A stretch of DNA of 47,423 nt from Methanothrix sp. (GTDB lineage: Archaea; Halobacteriota; Methanosarcinia; Methanotrichales; Methanotrichaceae): positions 1 to 47,423 of the forward strand of contig JAXGJB010000016.1 of assembly GCA_040770465.1 (NCBI GenBank). Reading direction: 5' to 3'. The first letter of the stretch is position 1; each line of letters starts with the position of its first letter. Below the pieces are notes generated by a model that saw nothing but the letters and a program-made list of their open reading frames with translations, was not told the DNA's origin and did not search any database. A program made the translations under genes and the position numbers. Positions 8,983-18,207 of the stretch are shown here, piece by piece.

Positions 8983-10818
8983 TTAACCCACCGCCCTTGC
9001 GCCGCTTACCAGCTCTGAAGGAATCCCCTCGACGACCGGCTCGGAGAAGCTGACCCCCTCCGAGGGGACGGTGTACCTGATCATCTGCCGTTCGCCGGGC
9101 CGGAGTGTGACCTTCCAGAGGTGGTCGTACCCGTCTCCGAGGGCGATCACCCTCGCGGCGGGCTCAATGGACCCGGCCTCCACCGAGACCGTCTCGTGGA
9201 GCTTGAAGGCCCGAGCTGCATCGCCGTAGTTTGCGACCTCCAGGGTCACGAAGGCCTCGCCGTTCTCGGAGGCGATCGACCTTTTGACGAGGAGGTTTCC
9301 CATGATCTTGGCGACGACGGGGTTGATGTCCGGCTCCTCCCTCTCCAGCAGCTCCGCCAGCTTCTTTGAGATCCTGGGAAGGAGCTTTCTTATGATCTCC
9401 TCTTTTTCCTTCCGCTCCGAGAGGGCGTTCTTTTTGGAGAGGTAGCGGCGGAGCTTTCTTCCCACCTCCTTCATCCCCAGCTCCACCTCCGAGACGATCT
9501 CGGGGACGTCGGCGACGGCGTCCTTCGACTCTGAGGTGAAGGGGATGTTAGTCGAGGCGACGTGGACTATCAGCGCCACCGGCCCCGTCGGAACCCCGCC
9601 ACCGGGCTGGCTGAGGGAGTAGGTCTTCCAGGATATGTTCTCGATGGCGTGGGTTATGGCGCACCCCCCCTGCTGGTAGAGGAGGGGGACCCGGTTTGCA
9701 AACCTCAGGACCTCGACCTTGCCGTCGGCTTTCAGCTCGCCGCCGTAGGCGAGCCCCACCTCCACCTGGAAGGGGTTTCCAGAGTAGACCGAGACGGGCC
9801 GCGTTGTTGTGGCGATGTAGTCGACCCGGTACTCCTTCTCAAGACCCGCCCGTATCAGCTCCTCGCCGATGGCGGATAAACAGTCGGTGGGTGGCGACTT
9901 CAGCCTCATCGCCTTGAAGGCGGCCAGAAGGCGGGTCGCCTCGGCGTGGGTTATCTCCTGGGGGACGATCTCGGGGTCCAGCTCCGCTTGCTCGCAGATC
10001 TCCTGGGATATGATCGCACCGACGCTGGAAAACGACCCAGAAAGGAAGCTTTTGAGCTTCTTCTTGTCGGTGTACCGGAGCATCTTGATGAGGCCGCCAA
10101 GCTCCATCCCCCAGGGGTGAGGCTTGATCTCGTAGGAGGGCCTGGGCATCTTGTCTGTCGCCCTCTCGAAGGTCTCGACGTTCCCGTCGGGCTCGACGAG
10201 GGTGATCCGGGCGTGGGGGTTCACGATGGCCACGTTCTTCAGATAGCCGTAGATCGACTGCCTCCGGCTCCGGACGTAGGACCCCTCCATCTCCAGCTCG
10301 ACCCGGGTTCCGTGGGGCCGATCCCAGTCGGACTCCCCGGCGTTGAGGATCTCGGGCTCGTTTGTGGCGGTGTTGATCATCAGCTCCCATCGGCCCGCTT
10401 TGTGGTTCGGCCCGATCTTGGTGGTGACCGCCGTCGGCCGTCCCGTCGTCAGTTGAGAGTATAGGACGCCAGCGGAGATGCCGATCCCCTGCTGCCCCCG
10501 GCTCTGCTTGAGGGCGTGAAACCTCGATCCGTAAAGGAGCTTGGCGAAGACCCGGGGGACCTCTGAGCCCACGATGCCGGGGCCGTTGTCCTCCACCACC
10601 ACCCGAAAGCCCTCGCCGCGCCGGATGATCTGGACGAAGATGTCCGGGAGGATGTCCGACTCCTCACAGGCGTCAAGAGAGTTGTCCACCGCCTCCTTGA
10701 CGGTGGTTATCAGGGCTCGAGGTGCCGAATCGAACCCCAGAATCTGGCGGTTCTTCTCGAAAAACTCGGCTACGGAGATGGCCTTCTGGTGCTTGGCCAG
10801 CTCCTCTGCTATCTCCAT
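8983..10818 (-). CDS. top6B: DNA topoisomerase VI subunit B
   Basis: ISVAEFFEKN, KEAVDNSLDACE, EDNGPGI, SRGQQGIGIS GHKL motifs, RFANRVPLL; C-terminal Ig-like extension. Confidence 0.97.
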   Translation of the reverse strand: MEIAEELAKHQKAISVAEFFEKNRQILGFDSAPRALITTVKEAVDNSLDACEESDILPDIFVQIIRRGEGFRVVVEDNGPGIVGSEVPRVFAKLLYGSRFHALKQSRGQQGIGISAGVLYSQLTTGRPTAVTTKIGPNHKAGRWELMINTATNEPEILNAGESDWDRPHGTRVELEMEGSYVRSRRQSIYGYLKNVAIVNPHARITLVEPDGNVETFERATDKMPRPSYEIKPHPWGMELGGLIKMLRYTDKKKLKSFLSGSFSSVGAIISQEICEQAELDPEIVPQEITHAEATRLLAAFKAMRLKSPPTDCLSAIGEELIRAGLEKEYRVDYIATTTRPVSVYSGNPFQVEVGLAYGGELKADGKVEVLRFANRVPLLYQQGGCAITHAIENISWKTYSLSQPGGGVPTGPVALIVHVASTNIPFTSESKDAVADVPEIVSEVELGMKEVGRKLRRYLSKKNALSERKEKEEIIRKLLPRISKKLAELLEREEPDINPVVAKIMGNLLVKRSIASENGEAFVTLEVANYGDAARAFKLHETVSVEAGSIEPAARVIALGDGYDHLWKVTLRPGERQMIRYTVPSEGVSFSEPVVEGIPSELVSGARAVG

Positions 10819-10840
10819 GGAAGAAAAGAGGAGGGAGCTT

Positions 10841-11071
10841 TTAGAGCTCGGCTCCCACCACCGTCTGGGTCGCGGTCACGTTGTGAATCTCACGGATGGT
10901 ATCCACAAGGCGGTTGAGGACGGAAAGCCCCTCCACCTCCAAGACCACCACGAAGTCGTACTCGCCGAAGACGTGATAGACGTCTTTGATCCCCTCGATC
11001 TCTCTCAGGGCGTTGTAGACGCTCCTCTCCTGTCCCGGCACCACTTTGACCATAGTAACTCCGATCACCAT
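10841..11071 (-). CDS. Lrp/AsnC ligand-binding (RAM) domain protein
   Basis: VYHVFGEYDFVVVLE...VTATQT; lacks an HTH; GGTGGTGA RBS. Confidence 0.88.
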   Translation of the reverse strand: MVIGVTMVKVVPGQERSVYNALREIEGIKDVYHVFGEYDFVVVLEVEGLSVLNRLVDTIREIHNVTATQTVVGAEL

Positions 11072-11103
11072 ATTCTATCACCACCTAATATAAACTCGGC
11101 CTC

Positions 11104-11119
11104 ATTATATAAACTTTTC
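11104..11119 (-). promoter_or_regulatory. BRE + TATA box for the Lrp-top6B-top6A unit
   Basis: Minus strand GAAAAGTTTATATAAT about 35-45 nt upstream of the ATG. Confidence 0.6.
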
Positions 11120-11156
11120 AGGGCCTGTTACGGCCATGCCGCCTTTGGCCTCACCG

Positions 11157-12050
11157 CTATTTCCTCTTCTTCGAAGGGCGGCCAGCATCTTTGAAGTCCA
11201 TCTCCGGATCTTCCATACCCCCTAAATCCGGCTCCTCTTCACCATCGAAAGCCGGATGGCCTTTCAGGCCTTCGGGCCTGAACCCCTCTCCGTCCTCATC
11301 CGGCACGCCCTCAAAGCCCTCCTCCTTCCAGGCCGACTCGGATGCCGCCACACTCTTCTTCGGCGAGGTCTCCCTCCCTGATTTGGGCTCGGCGACCTCG
11401 ACATTCGGCTCCGAGATCTCCCCTTTGAGAGCATCAAGAGCCTTCGCCACCATCTGGCCGTACCTCGCGAGGTCCGGCGAGTAGTGGAGGTGGGCTTTTC
11501 CTATGTCTGCCGCGTCTCCGGGAAGCTCGGGCCTCTTGAGAAGCTCCTCACCGCTGGAGAAGGCGTCCGACCCACCCATCCCGAGGAAGGCCTTGAAGGC
11601 CTCGATCCGATCCAGGGTTCTCGCCGCCGTCTCCAGGACCCACCGGTCTCTGGTGTCGGCGTCGACCTGCTGGACCGACTCGGCCCTCACCGAGATCAGC
11701 CGTTTGCCGTCCTCGGTCTCGTAGACGCTGGGTTTGCCGACGACGGCGACGAAGGCCGGAGGCTCCGTCCCCGAGAGAGCCTGGGCGGCGTCGGGCTGGT
11801 ACTGGCCGGCGTAGACGAAGATGCTCCCGGTGGGGTCGGCGACCCGTCCCCGCCAGTACTCGACGTCGTCGCCGAGGTTGTCCTTCTCGGTGAGGGTTCC
11901 CACCAGCATCACCCGGTTGCACCGGGCGCCCGTCGGGGTGATCAGGTAGAGCGGCGCGTACTGGTCCTCGTTCTCCCTGAAGGAGAGGTCGGAGTCGCGA
12001 AGCTCCGAGGCGAAGATTCGCCTGGCCACTTCCCTTGCAAAGCCCGCCAT
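11157..12050 (-). CDS. RPA-associated OB-fold protein (COG3390-like)
   Basis: REVARRIFASE, TPTGARCNRV, GRVADPTG, YAGQYQP; immediately downstream of rpa; acidic disordered tail. Confidence 0.88.
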   Translation of the reverse strand: MAGFAREVARRIFASELRDSDLSFRENEDQYAPLYLITPTGARCNRVMLVGTLTEKDNLGDDVEYWRGRVADPTGSIFVYAGQYQPDAAQALSGTEPPAFVAVVGKPSVYETEDGKRLISVRAESVQQVDADTRDRWVLETAARTLDRIEAFKAFLGMGGSDAFSSGEELLKRPELPGDAADIGKAHLHYSPDLARYGQMVAKALDALKGEISEPNVEVAEPKSGRETSPKKSVAASESAWKEEGFEGVPDEDGEGFRPEGLKGHPAFDGEEEPDLGGMEDPEMDFKDAGRPSKKRK

Positions 12051-12051
12051 C

Positions 12052-13296
12052 TCAGATCACCTCCTGTACCCGAGCCATCAGGGCCTCGGCCTCCTCGGGG
12101 GAGGCCTGGGGGGCTTCGGAGATCGTCTCCACCAGGATGTAGCGGTCGACGGTGGGCCCGGCGACGGAATAGTACCGCCCCAGGAGACTCTCCTCGATCA
12201 TCCCCCTCACCACCTCGTGGTCGAGGGCCTCCATTGCCATCGACTTCGCCTCTTCCATGCTGATCCCCATCAGGCTCTCGGTCCTCTCCCGGTTGATCAG
12301 GACCTCCTGGACCCGCACGCCGTCGTCCAGGACCGCCTTGATCCTGAGGTCGTAGGTTCCCTCCTGCTTTCCGTGCTCGCCGCAGACCCCCTTGGTCAGC
12401 ATCCTCCTGCAGACGGGGCAGCGCTTGATCAGCCCCGACCCCTTCTGGACGTCGACGATCGCCCCTGTGAACTTCGCCTCCTGGGGGCTCGCCTCGATCT
12501 CCTCTTCAAGAGGCTCAAACCCGCTCGTCCTGTTCAGCTTGACGCTGAACCTCCCGTCGAACTCGTCGGTGACGACGTTCTTGAATAGGTAGCTCTCCCC
12601 CTCCGCGAGATCGGGAAGCTCAGACTTCGCCCACTTGACGAACTTGATCACCCCGGTCTCGTCGCCGATGAGACCGGTCTGGGATATCGTCTCGCTCGTC
12701 GGGTCCCAGAGCTGGACCACCTTCGCCCGGAGGTCGATCCACCGGGAGGCCTCTTTGATCTCGGATATCTTCATCTCCTGGACCTGACCCCCCGCCTGGA
12801 CCTCGGCGGCGGCCACCTCACGGGCAAGCTCCTCGATCCCGCTCGTCCTGTTCAGCTTGACGCTGAACCTCCCACCAAACTCGTCGGTGACGACGTTCTT
12901 GAATAGGTAGCTCTTGCCGAGCTCCAGCTGCGGAAGGTCGGACTTCGTCCACTTGACGAACTTGACGGTTCCGGTCTCGTCGCCGATGAGCCCGGTCTGG
13001 GATATGGCGCTGCTCGTCGGCTCCCAGAGCTCCACCACCTTCGCCTCCAGATCGATCCAACGGCCGGGACCGTCTATCTCGCCGACCTTCAACCCCTCGC
13101 TCTTTCTCGCGACGAAGGTCGCAGGCGCGATGCCATGCTCTTTGAGAAAATAGTTGACGACGGACCGGGTTGCCTCGGCCTCGGGAACCCCGAACTTCTC
13201 CACCAGGAGCCTCATCCGGCTCTCCACCTCGCCCGCGGGAACCTCCACCTTCTGGTCCCGCAGCCGAGCCAAAATCTGCTCTACGGCTGCTTTCAT
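12052..13296 (-). CDS. rpa: Replication protein A (OB folds + CX2CX8CX2H zinc finger)
   Basis: Two repeats of WIDLxAKVVxLW...QTGLIGDETG, then GSGLIKRCPVCRRMLTKGVCGEH and DLRIKAVLDDG. Confidence 0.93.
   Translation of the reverse strand: MKAAVEQILARLRDQKVEVPAGEVESRMRLLVEKFGVPEAEATRSVVNYFLKEHGIAPATFVARKSEGLKVGEIDGPGRWIDLEAKVVELWEPTSSAISQTGLIGDETGTVKFVKWTKSDLPQLELGKSYLFKNVVTDEFGGRFSVKLNRTSGIEELAREVAAAEVQAGGQVQEMKISEIKEASRWIDLRAKVVQLWDPTSETISQTGLIGDETGVIKFVKWAKSELPDLAEGESYLFKNVVTDEFDGRFSVKLNRTSGFEPLEEEIEASPQEAKFTGAIVDVQKGSGLIKRCPVCRRMLTKGVCGEHGKQEGTYDLRIKAVLDDGVRVQEVLINRERTESLMGISMEEAKSMAMEALDHEVVRGMIEESLLGRYYSVAGPTVDRYILVETISEAPQASPEEAEALMARVQEVI
12521..13057. repeat. Intragenic tandem duplication (about 220 bp, 318-bp period) of an OB-fold in rpa
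   Basis: CCGCTCGTCCTGTTCAGCTTGACGCTGAACCTCCC occurs at 12521 and 12839; AACTCGTCGGTGACGACGTTCTTGAATAGGTAGCTCT also occurs in both copies. Confidence 0.9.
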
Positions 13297-13413
13297 GATA
13301 TATTGACCTCCAGTTTTAATGGAAGGTAATACTTCAGACGTCGCCCAGATAGATAAACTTACTTCCGGCGGGGCGAAAGTAATATTGGGCCTGGAAGAGG
13401 AGTGAATAGCAGG

Positions 13414-14361
13414 ATGAAGATCACCACCTGGTTTGGAACCCTCGACGACGAATCCGGAGAGGTCGCCCTAGCCGGAAGCTCAGACGAGATGGCAGAACGT
13501 CTGATGAACGCCTCGGAGGGCGAAGCGTCCCTCGGTTTCGTCGGATCGGCTGCCTCGGACCATTGGGGTGCGGTCGGAGCGGTCCAGCCCGACCTTCGCT
13601 CCATCGCCCTTGAGGGTGGGCTCTTCGGAGACGACTCCGAGTACAACGCCACCCTCCGGTCGGTGGCCATCGATCTTGTGAGGATGAAGCTCCGGGCCTC
13701 GGCGGGAGGCGAGGCGGAACTCCTCCAGACGATCGAGGCCCTCGACGACCTGAACGAGGTCGTGAACCGGCTCGAAGAGCGGCTCTACGAGTGGTCCCGC
13801 CTCCACGACGACCGCCGCCTCCGGGGGAAGCGCCTCGCCGAGGCGCTGGCCGAGGAGGAGGAGCCGATCGGGATTCTCGCCCGGTCAATCCTCGACCTCC
13901 ATGAAGCTCGGGGCTCAATCCAGAAGAGCCTGGAGACTGCGACGGCCCAGTTCGCCCCGAACCTCTCGAACCTGGCGGGGCCGCTCCTGGCGGCGAGGAT
14001 GATATCCCGGGCCGGAGGGCTCAAGCGGCTCTCGGAGATGCCGGCCTCGGCGATCCAGGTTATGGGGGCACAGAAGGCGTTGTTCAAGCACCTGCGAGGG
14101 AAGGCGCCTTCGCCAAAGCACGGGATGATCTATAGACACCCCGCCGTTGGAGGGACGGCCCGGAGGCTCAGGGGGAGGGCAGCTCGCGCTTTGGCGGCGA
14201 AGCTCGCCATCGCCGCCAGGATCGACCGGTATTCGGGGGATCTGAACCCCGACCTGAAAGCGGCCATGGATCTCCGGATCGAGGAGATCAGGGGGAGGAC
14301 TCCGGGCGAAAAGGGGCGGGGGAAGAAGGATAGAAGGAAGAGGAGAGATGGGAAAGGATAA
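13414..14361 (+). CDS. nop5: C/D box sRNP protein Nop5 (Nop56/58 family)
   Basis: APNLSNLAGPLLAARMIS, PASAIQVMGAQKALFKHL, PKHGMIY, KLAIAARID; basic tail. Start moved to the ATG at 13414. Confidence 0.93.
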   Translation: MKITTWFGTLDDESGEVALAGSSDEMAERLMNASEGEASLGFVGSAASDHWGAVGAVQPDLRSIALEGGLFGDDSEYNATLRSVAIDLVRMKLRASAGGEAELLQTIEALDDLNEVVNRLEERLYEWSRLHDDRRLRGKRLAEALAEEEEPIGILARSILDLHEARGSIQKSLETATAQFAPNLSNLAGPLLAARMISRAGGLKRLSEMPASAIQVMGAQKALFKHLRGKAPSPKHGMIYRHPAVGGTARRLRGRAARALAAKLAIAARIDRYSGDLNPDLKAAMDLRIEEIRGRTPGEKGRGKKDRRKRRDGKG

Positions 14362-14383
14362 AGGAGGCCAAGGAGGCCGAAAG

Positions 14384-14403
14384 CCCATCATATTTATAAC
14401 GGA
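14384..14403 (+). promoter_or_regulatory. Promoter (TATA TTTATAA), copy 1 of a duplicated 20-bp motif
   Basis: CCCATCATATTTATAACGGA, 19/20 identical to 15181-15200. Confidence 0.65.
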
Positions 14404-14436
14404 CCTCCTCCATAACGGCGTAAGGACAAGGGGTCG

Positions 14437-15039
14437 ATGATGAAGGCCGGAGTTTTGCTGCTGCTCGCCATCCTGTCGGTTCTGCTCATTTCGTCAAGGG
14501 GGCTTGCGGGATGTGATGGCACGAGTTGTGATGTGGATTGGGTCGGCGCAGATTGCGGTGGTGACGATTGCGACGGTGGGTTATGGAAGCTCGCCAAGAA
14601 CGTCACCTACCGCTCGACCATCCAACTCACGGGGTACATGGACGAGATGAGCGTCTATCAGACCGAGAAGGGCATGGCGGGCAGCAAGATCGCCTACGGA
14701 GTCCAGGGAAGCGGTACCGCCTCCAGGACCATGACCGTCGAAGCCGACGAGGGCGGGATGTGTGACGGCGAGATGAGCGGGAGCGGGATATACTTCAGCG
14801 TCCAGGCAGAATACGACTACCACCCTTATACGCCTATAACGTCGTCGGGCGAAGAAGATAGCTATCTTAAGAGCGCCCTCCGGGCCAAGAACCTGGTGGT
14901 TGGGACGACCGTCTCCGGGAGCAGCTCCGGGGTGGATTATCAGATCGTCGACGATGCCGCACCTTCCGAGAGAGATGGCCTCCCGGCGTACACGATTCCC
15001 TCTCAGGCGAAGGCTCCGGTCCGCGTTGGGTCCTGGTGA
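14437..15039 (+). CDS. Secreted hypothetical protein, paralog of 15236..15877
   Basis: Signal peptide MMKAGVLLLLAILSVLLISSRGLA; shares blocks (LTGYMDEMSVYQ, GxGTxSR, ALxAKNxxVG) with the next gene. Confidence 0.75.
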   Translation: MMKAGVLLLLAILSVLLISSRGLAGCDGTSCDVDWVGADCGGDDCDGGLWKLAKNVTYRSTIQLTGYMDEMSVYQTEKGMAGSKIAYGVQGSGTASRTMTVEADEGGMCDGEMSGSGIYFSVQAEYDYHPYTPITSSGEEDSYLKSALRAKNLVVGTTVSGSSSGVDYQIVDDAAPSERDGLPAYTIPSQAKAPVRVGSW

Positions 15040-15180
15040 TGGTCCGGGTGGGAACTGAAAGGAACGCGATTAAACGTGCGAGGCTCGATGGAACTTGCGG
15101 GCTGAAACCGGAACTGTTGCAGGCCTTCTCCGCGCGAGGACCGGGGTGCGAAGATAAGACTTCAAGTCGGGTGCCGGCGA

Positions 15181-15200
15181 CCCATCAGATTTATAACGGA
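15181..15200 (+). promoter_or_regulatory. Promoter (TATA TTTATAA), copy 2 of a duplicated 20-bp motif
   Basis: CCCATCAGATTTATAACGGA, 35 nt before the ATG at 15236. Confidence 0.65.
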
Positions 15201-15235
15201 TGTGCCAGAATATGGGATTTGGAACGGGGTTTATA

Positions 15236-15877
15236 ATGAAGGTCAGAGTCCTGCTGCCGCTAGCTGCCCTGGCTGTGTTGCTATCGTCTTCCTCTGCCTC
15301 AGCAGTAGATTTGAGCCAGATGGGGTATCACGCAATGGGTTATCTGTGGAACGACACGGCCAACAGCACAGAGCTCATCACAGAGCACTCTTACATCTAC
15401 TTGAGCGGATACATCGACGATATGAAGGTGTACCAGAACAATTGGGGATACCGCGGCCAGAAGCTCGTAGTCGGGACCAGGGGCAACGGGACCATCGCCA
15501 GAAGACAGACCGCCTACATAGACACCAACGCGATGTTCTTCAACGAGTGGGGCGTCTTCGATCACAGGACCGCTCCGGCCGGATCCAGCGACCTTCGTAA
15601 CGCCCTCTGCGCCAAGAACTACGCTGTGGGGTCGGTCGTCTCCGAGAGCTACTCCAACCTCGATTACCTGATAAAAGACACCACCACATACCAGGACAAC
15701 AACGTATCCGTCTACGAGATCGCCTCCGAGGGTAGAGGAACCGCCCGGATCGGGTCCCGTGTGCAGGATGGCCCCTGCGGCCCGGCGATCATGACCTACG
15801 GCGGGACCTACATCGGACAGTTCAACATCAGGGAGGAGCTCGGAGTCGGAAACCAGCTCTACCTCACATGTCCGTAA
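15236..15877 (+). CDS. Secreted beta-rich hypothetical protein
   Basis: Start moved to MKVRVLLPLAALAVLLSSSSASA (signal peptide); several N-x-S/T sequons. Confidence 0.8.
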   Translation: MKVRVLLPLAALAVLLSSSSASAVDLSQMGYHAMGYLWNDTANSTELITEHSYIYLSGYIDDMKVYQNNWGYRGQKLVVGTRGNGTIARRQTAYIDTNAMFFNEWGVFDHRTAPAGSSDLRNALCAKNYAVGSVVSESYSNLDYLIKDTTTYQDNNVSVYEIASEGRGTARIGSRVQDGPCGPAIMTYGGTYIGQFNIREELGVGNQLYLTCP

Positions 15878-15905
15878 ACCAAACCCCACCCAACCTTTTG
15901 AAGGC

Positions 15906-16748
15906 CTAGACCAGAGGACGGGGCTGTTTCTTCTCCGGCAGGACCGGCAGCGGCATCGTATTTATGAGGATGGGCCGGTCCACCTCTTTCGCCCTCTCCA
16001 CCAGAACCTCCTTGCCCCACGGCGTCAGGCCGAATAGCGGTACCGCCGTCCCCACCTGGACGAGGGGTCGGACCTTCTCCCTCACGAACTTTGAGGCGCA
16101 GCTCGTCACTATGTCGGCGGCGGCGATGAGCCGATCAGCCTCCTCCTCCCCGATGCCCGTCAGGTGGACCCCCACGATCAGGATCCGGACGTTCTTCTCC
16201 CTCTCCAGATCTCGAAGCCTCTCGGCGGTCTTGGCATCGGCGACGGTGACCGCAAACTTCGAGCACCTCTCTGCGGCGATCTGTGCTCCCGCCACCTGGT
16301 CGATCCTGGCGGTTGCCGGGTCGAGGACGACCCCATCCCTTTCCTCGATCCCGGCAAGGACTTCTGGGATCGGATCGGTACTGACGAGCCCCGATATCCA
16401 GCCGCCCATCCCCTGGATCAGGCTCGGGTTTGAGGTGATCACCGTCCCGGCGCCGTCGCAGACGGTGACCGCGGCCTCGATGAGACCCCGCCGCGTCGCC
16501 GTCATCATCACCTCGGAGGCGCCGAAGCCTACGAAGACGTCCATCTCGAGCTTCCTTTTCGGGGTGAACATCCCGTGCTCATCCATCCGGAACTCCATGT
16601 TGGCGGCCGCCGCCTCCGGCGTTATCTCCTTTATCCCCCGGACCTTGTCGAAGAGGGGGCACCACCGGATGAGGGGCTCGCCCGTCTCGACGACCCGTCC
16701 GTCCTTCACCCTCACCTTCGTCTTTCCCAACAGCTCCATCTCGTCCAA
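15906..16748 (-). CDS. Methanogenesis marker protein 8 (DUF2099 family)
   Basis: ELLGKTKVRVKDGRVV, CPLF, FVGFGASE, VCDGAGTV, QGMGGWISGLVST, VHLTG, SCASK. Confidence 0.88.
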   Translation of the reverse strand: MDEMELLGKTKVRVKDGRVVETGEPLIRWCPLFDKVRGIKEITPEAAAANMEFRMDEHGMFTPKRKLEMDVFVGFGASEVMMTATRRGLIEAAVTVCDGAGTVITSNPSLIQGMGGWISGLVSTDPIPEVLAGIEERDGVVLDPATARIDQVAGAQIAAERCSKFAVTVADAKTAERLRDLEREKNVRILIVGVHLTGIGEEEADRLIAAADIVTSCASKFVREKVRPLVQVGTAVPLFGLTPWGKEVLVERAKEVDRPILINTMPLPVLPEKKQPRPLV

Positions 16749-16750
16749 GC

Positions 16751-17461
16751 TCAGTCACCATCCAGAACTGCGAAGTAGACCCGGCGGTTGGATTTTCCCT
16801 TGTTTTCGGCCTTCAGCATATTTATGCCCCCTATCTCCCCGGTCCTTCGGACGTGAGTTCCGCCGCAGGCCTGAAGGTCGATCCCATCCACCTCGACTAT
16901 CCTCATCTCCTCCCGGTCGGGGACTTCTTTTGCGAGCCTCACCAGGTCCGGTATCTCCATCGCCTCCTCCCTCGGTATGAGACGGGTCTTGACCGCCCTG
17001 TCCTCTTTGATGATCCCGTTGACCTCTTCGACGTAATCGGCGAGCCTGGATCGGTCGAACTCCTGGAGGCTGAAGTCGACCCTGGACCTGTCCTCGCCGA
17101 TCTGGTTTCCGGTGATCATCGCCCCAGTCTCCCTGAAGATCACGGCGGAGAGGAGGTGGCAGGCGGTGTGGCTCTTCATGAAGAGGTACCGCCGGTCCCA
17201 GTCGATGGTCCCTGTCACCAGATCTCCCGCCTCGATGCCGGATCTTCCCAGCTCGTGGCTGATCTTGCCGCCGAAGAGGCCGACGTATACCGCGGGGAAC
17301 TCCTCGCCGTCTCTCTCGATGACCCCGGTATCGGAGGGCTGTCCCCCGGAGTTTGGGTAGAAGGCGGTCTTGTCAAGGACGACGAACTTGCCGTCCGTGA
17401 CCTCCTCCACCCTCGCCTCAAAGCTCTTGATGTAGCTGTCGATGATGTAGAGTCCAATCAT
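16751..17461 (-). CDS. alaX: Alanyl-tRNA editing protein AlaX (AlaX-M)
   Basis: FYPNSGGQPSDTG, HTACH and CGGTH zinc-binding editing motifs. Confidence 0.94.
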   Translation of the reverse strand: MIGLYIIDSYIKSFEARVEEVTDGKFVVLDKTAFYPNSGGQPSDTGVIERDGEEFPAVYVGLFGGKISHELGRSGIEAGDLVTGTIDWDRRYLFMKSHTACHLLSAVIFRETGAMITGNQIGEDRSRVDFSLQEFDRSRLADYVEEVNGIIKEDRAVKTRLIPREEAMEIPDLVRLAKEVPDREEMRIVEVDGIDLQACGGTHVRRTGEIGGINMLKAENKGKSNRRVYFAVLDGD

Positions 17462-17595
17462 TCGATCGCCTCATAATCATGATAATATATCGAATTGTAC
17501 TCGGCAAGGGTTGGTAAAATCAGTTTCGATCTCCTGAATTTCCGGTGGTACAAAACATTCTCCTGATCGGGATTATATGATAATTATTTTGAACG

Positions 17596-17608
17596 AAACT
17601 TATATATG
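17596..17608 (+). promoter_or_regulatory. BRE/TATA box of the regulator gene
   Basis: AAACTTATATATG about 21-33 nt upstream of the ATG at 17629, implying a near-leaderless transcript. Confidence 0.55.
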
Positions 17609-17628
17609 GATCTATAACTACCAGTACA

Positions 17629-18018
17629 ATGGTGACCGGATTGAGGAATGTTTCGCTACCCGCTCAGAACGTTGAACGCGAGGAGTTCGCATCGATCCTG
17701 ATGAAGATCGGCCTCAAGAGGAACGTGGCAAAGGTGCTGACGTATCTTGCCTGTGTCGATGAGGCAACCTCTCGCGAGATCGAGATGGGGTCAGATCTGA
17801 GGCAGCCTGAGGTGAGCATAGCCATGAGGGAGCTGCGAAAGCTGGACTGGATAGCCGAGAGGGACGAGAAGAACCCCGGGAAGGGAAGGCCCTATCGGAT
17901 ATACAAGCTGAAGAAGGGGCTCTACGACATAATCGATTACCTGGAGACGAACAAGAAGACCGAGACCGACCAGGTGATGAACAAGATCAGCAGGCTCAAG
18001 GAGCTGAAGTCCTCCTGA
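17629..18018 (+). CDS. Winged-helix transcriptional regulator (COG4738-like)
   Basis: RNVAKVLTYL, TSREIExxxDLRQPEVSIAM, GKGRP. Confidence 0.88.
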   Translation: MVTGLRNVSLPAQNVEREEFASILMKIGLKRNVAKVLTYLACVDEATSREIEMGSDLRQPEVSIAMRELRKLDWIAERDEKNPGKGRPYRIYKLKKGLYDIIDYLETNKKTETDQVMNKISRLKELKSS

Positions 18019-18207
18019 ACTGGTAAATAAAGATGCCTTATGAACCGATGATTTCCGTTCTATTCTGATTATTCGATAGGCCAGTGGCGGTTTTGGGGGG
18101 ATTCGCCACCGGCAGACGAATCCCGGATTTTTCAGGTTTCATCGTCTCGATCCGATCACCTTCATCCTCTCGATCAGATCGCTCTTATCCTCTCGATCCG
18201 AGGGCCT

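Noticed and set aside
15037-15039. Selenocysteine/pyrrolysine recoding at this or other stops
   Set aside because: No catalytic Cys-equivalent context; Hdr/Mvh/Cdh positions use Cys codons, the FwdB site is a TCT rather than TGA, and no recoding machinery is in the window.
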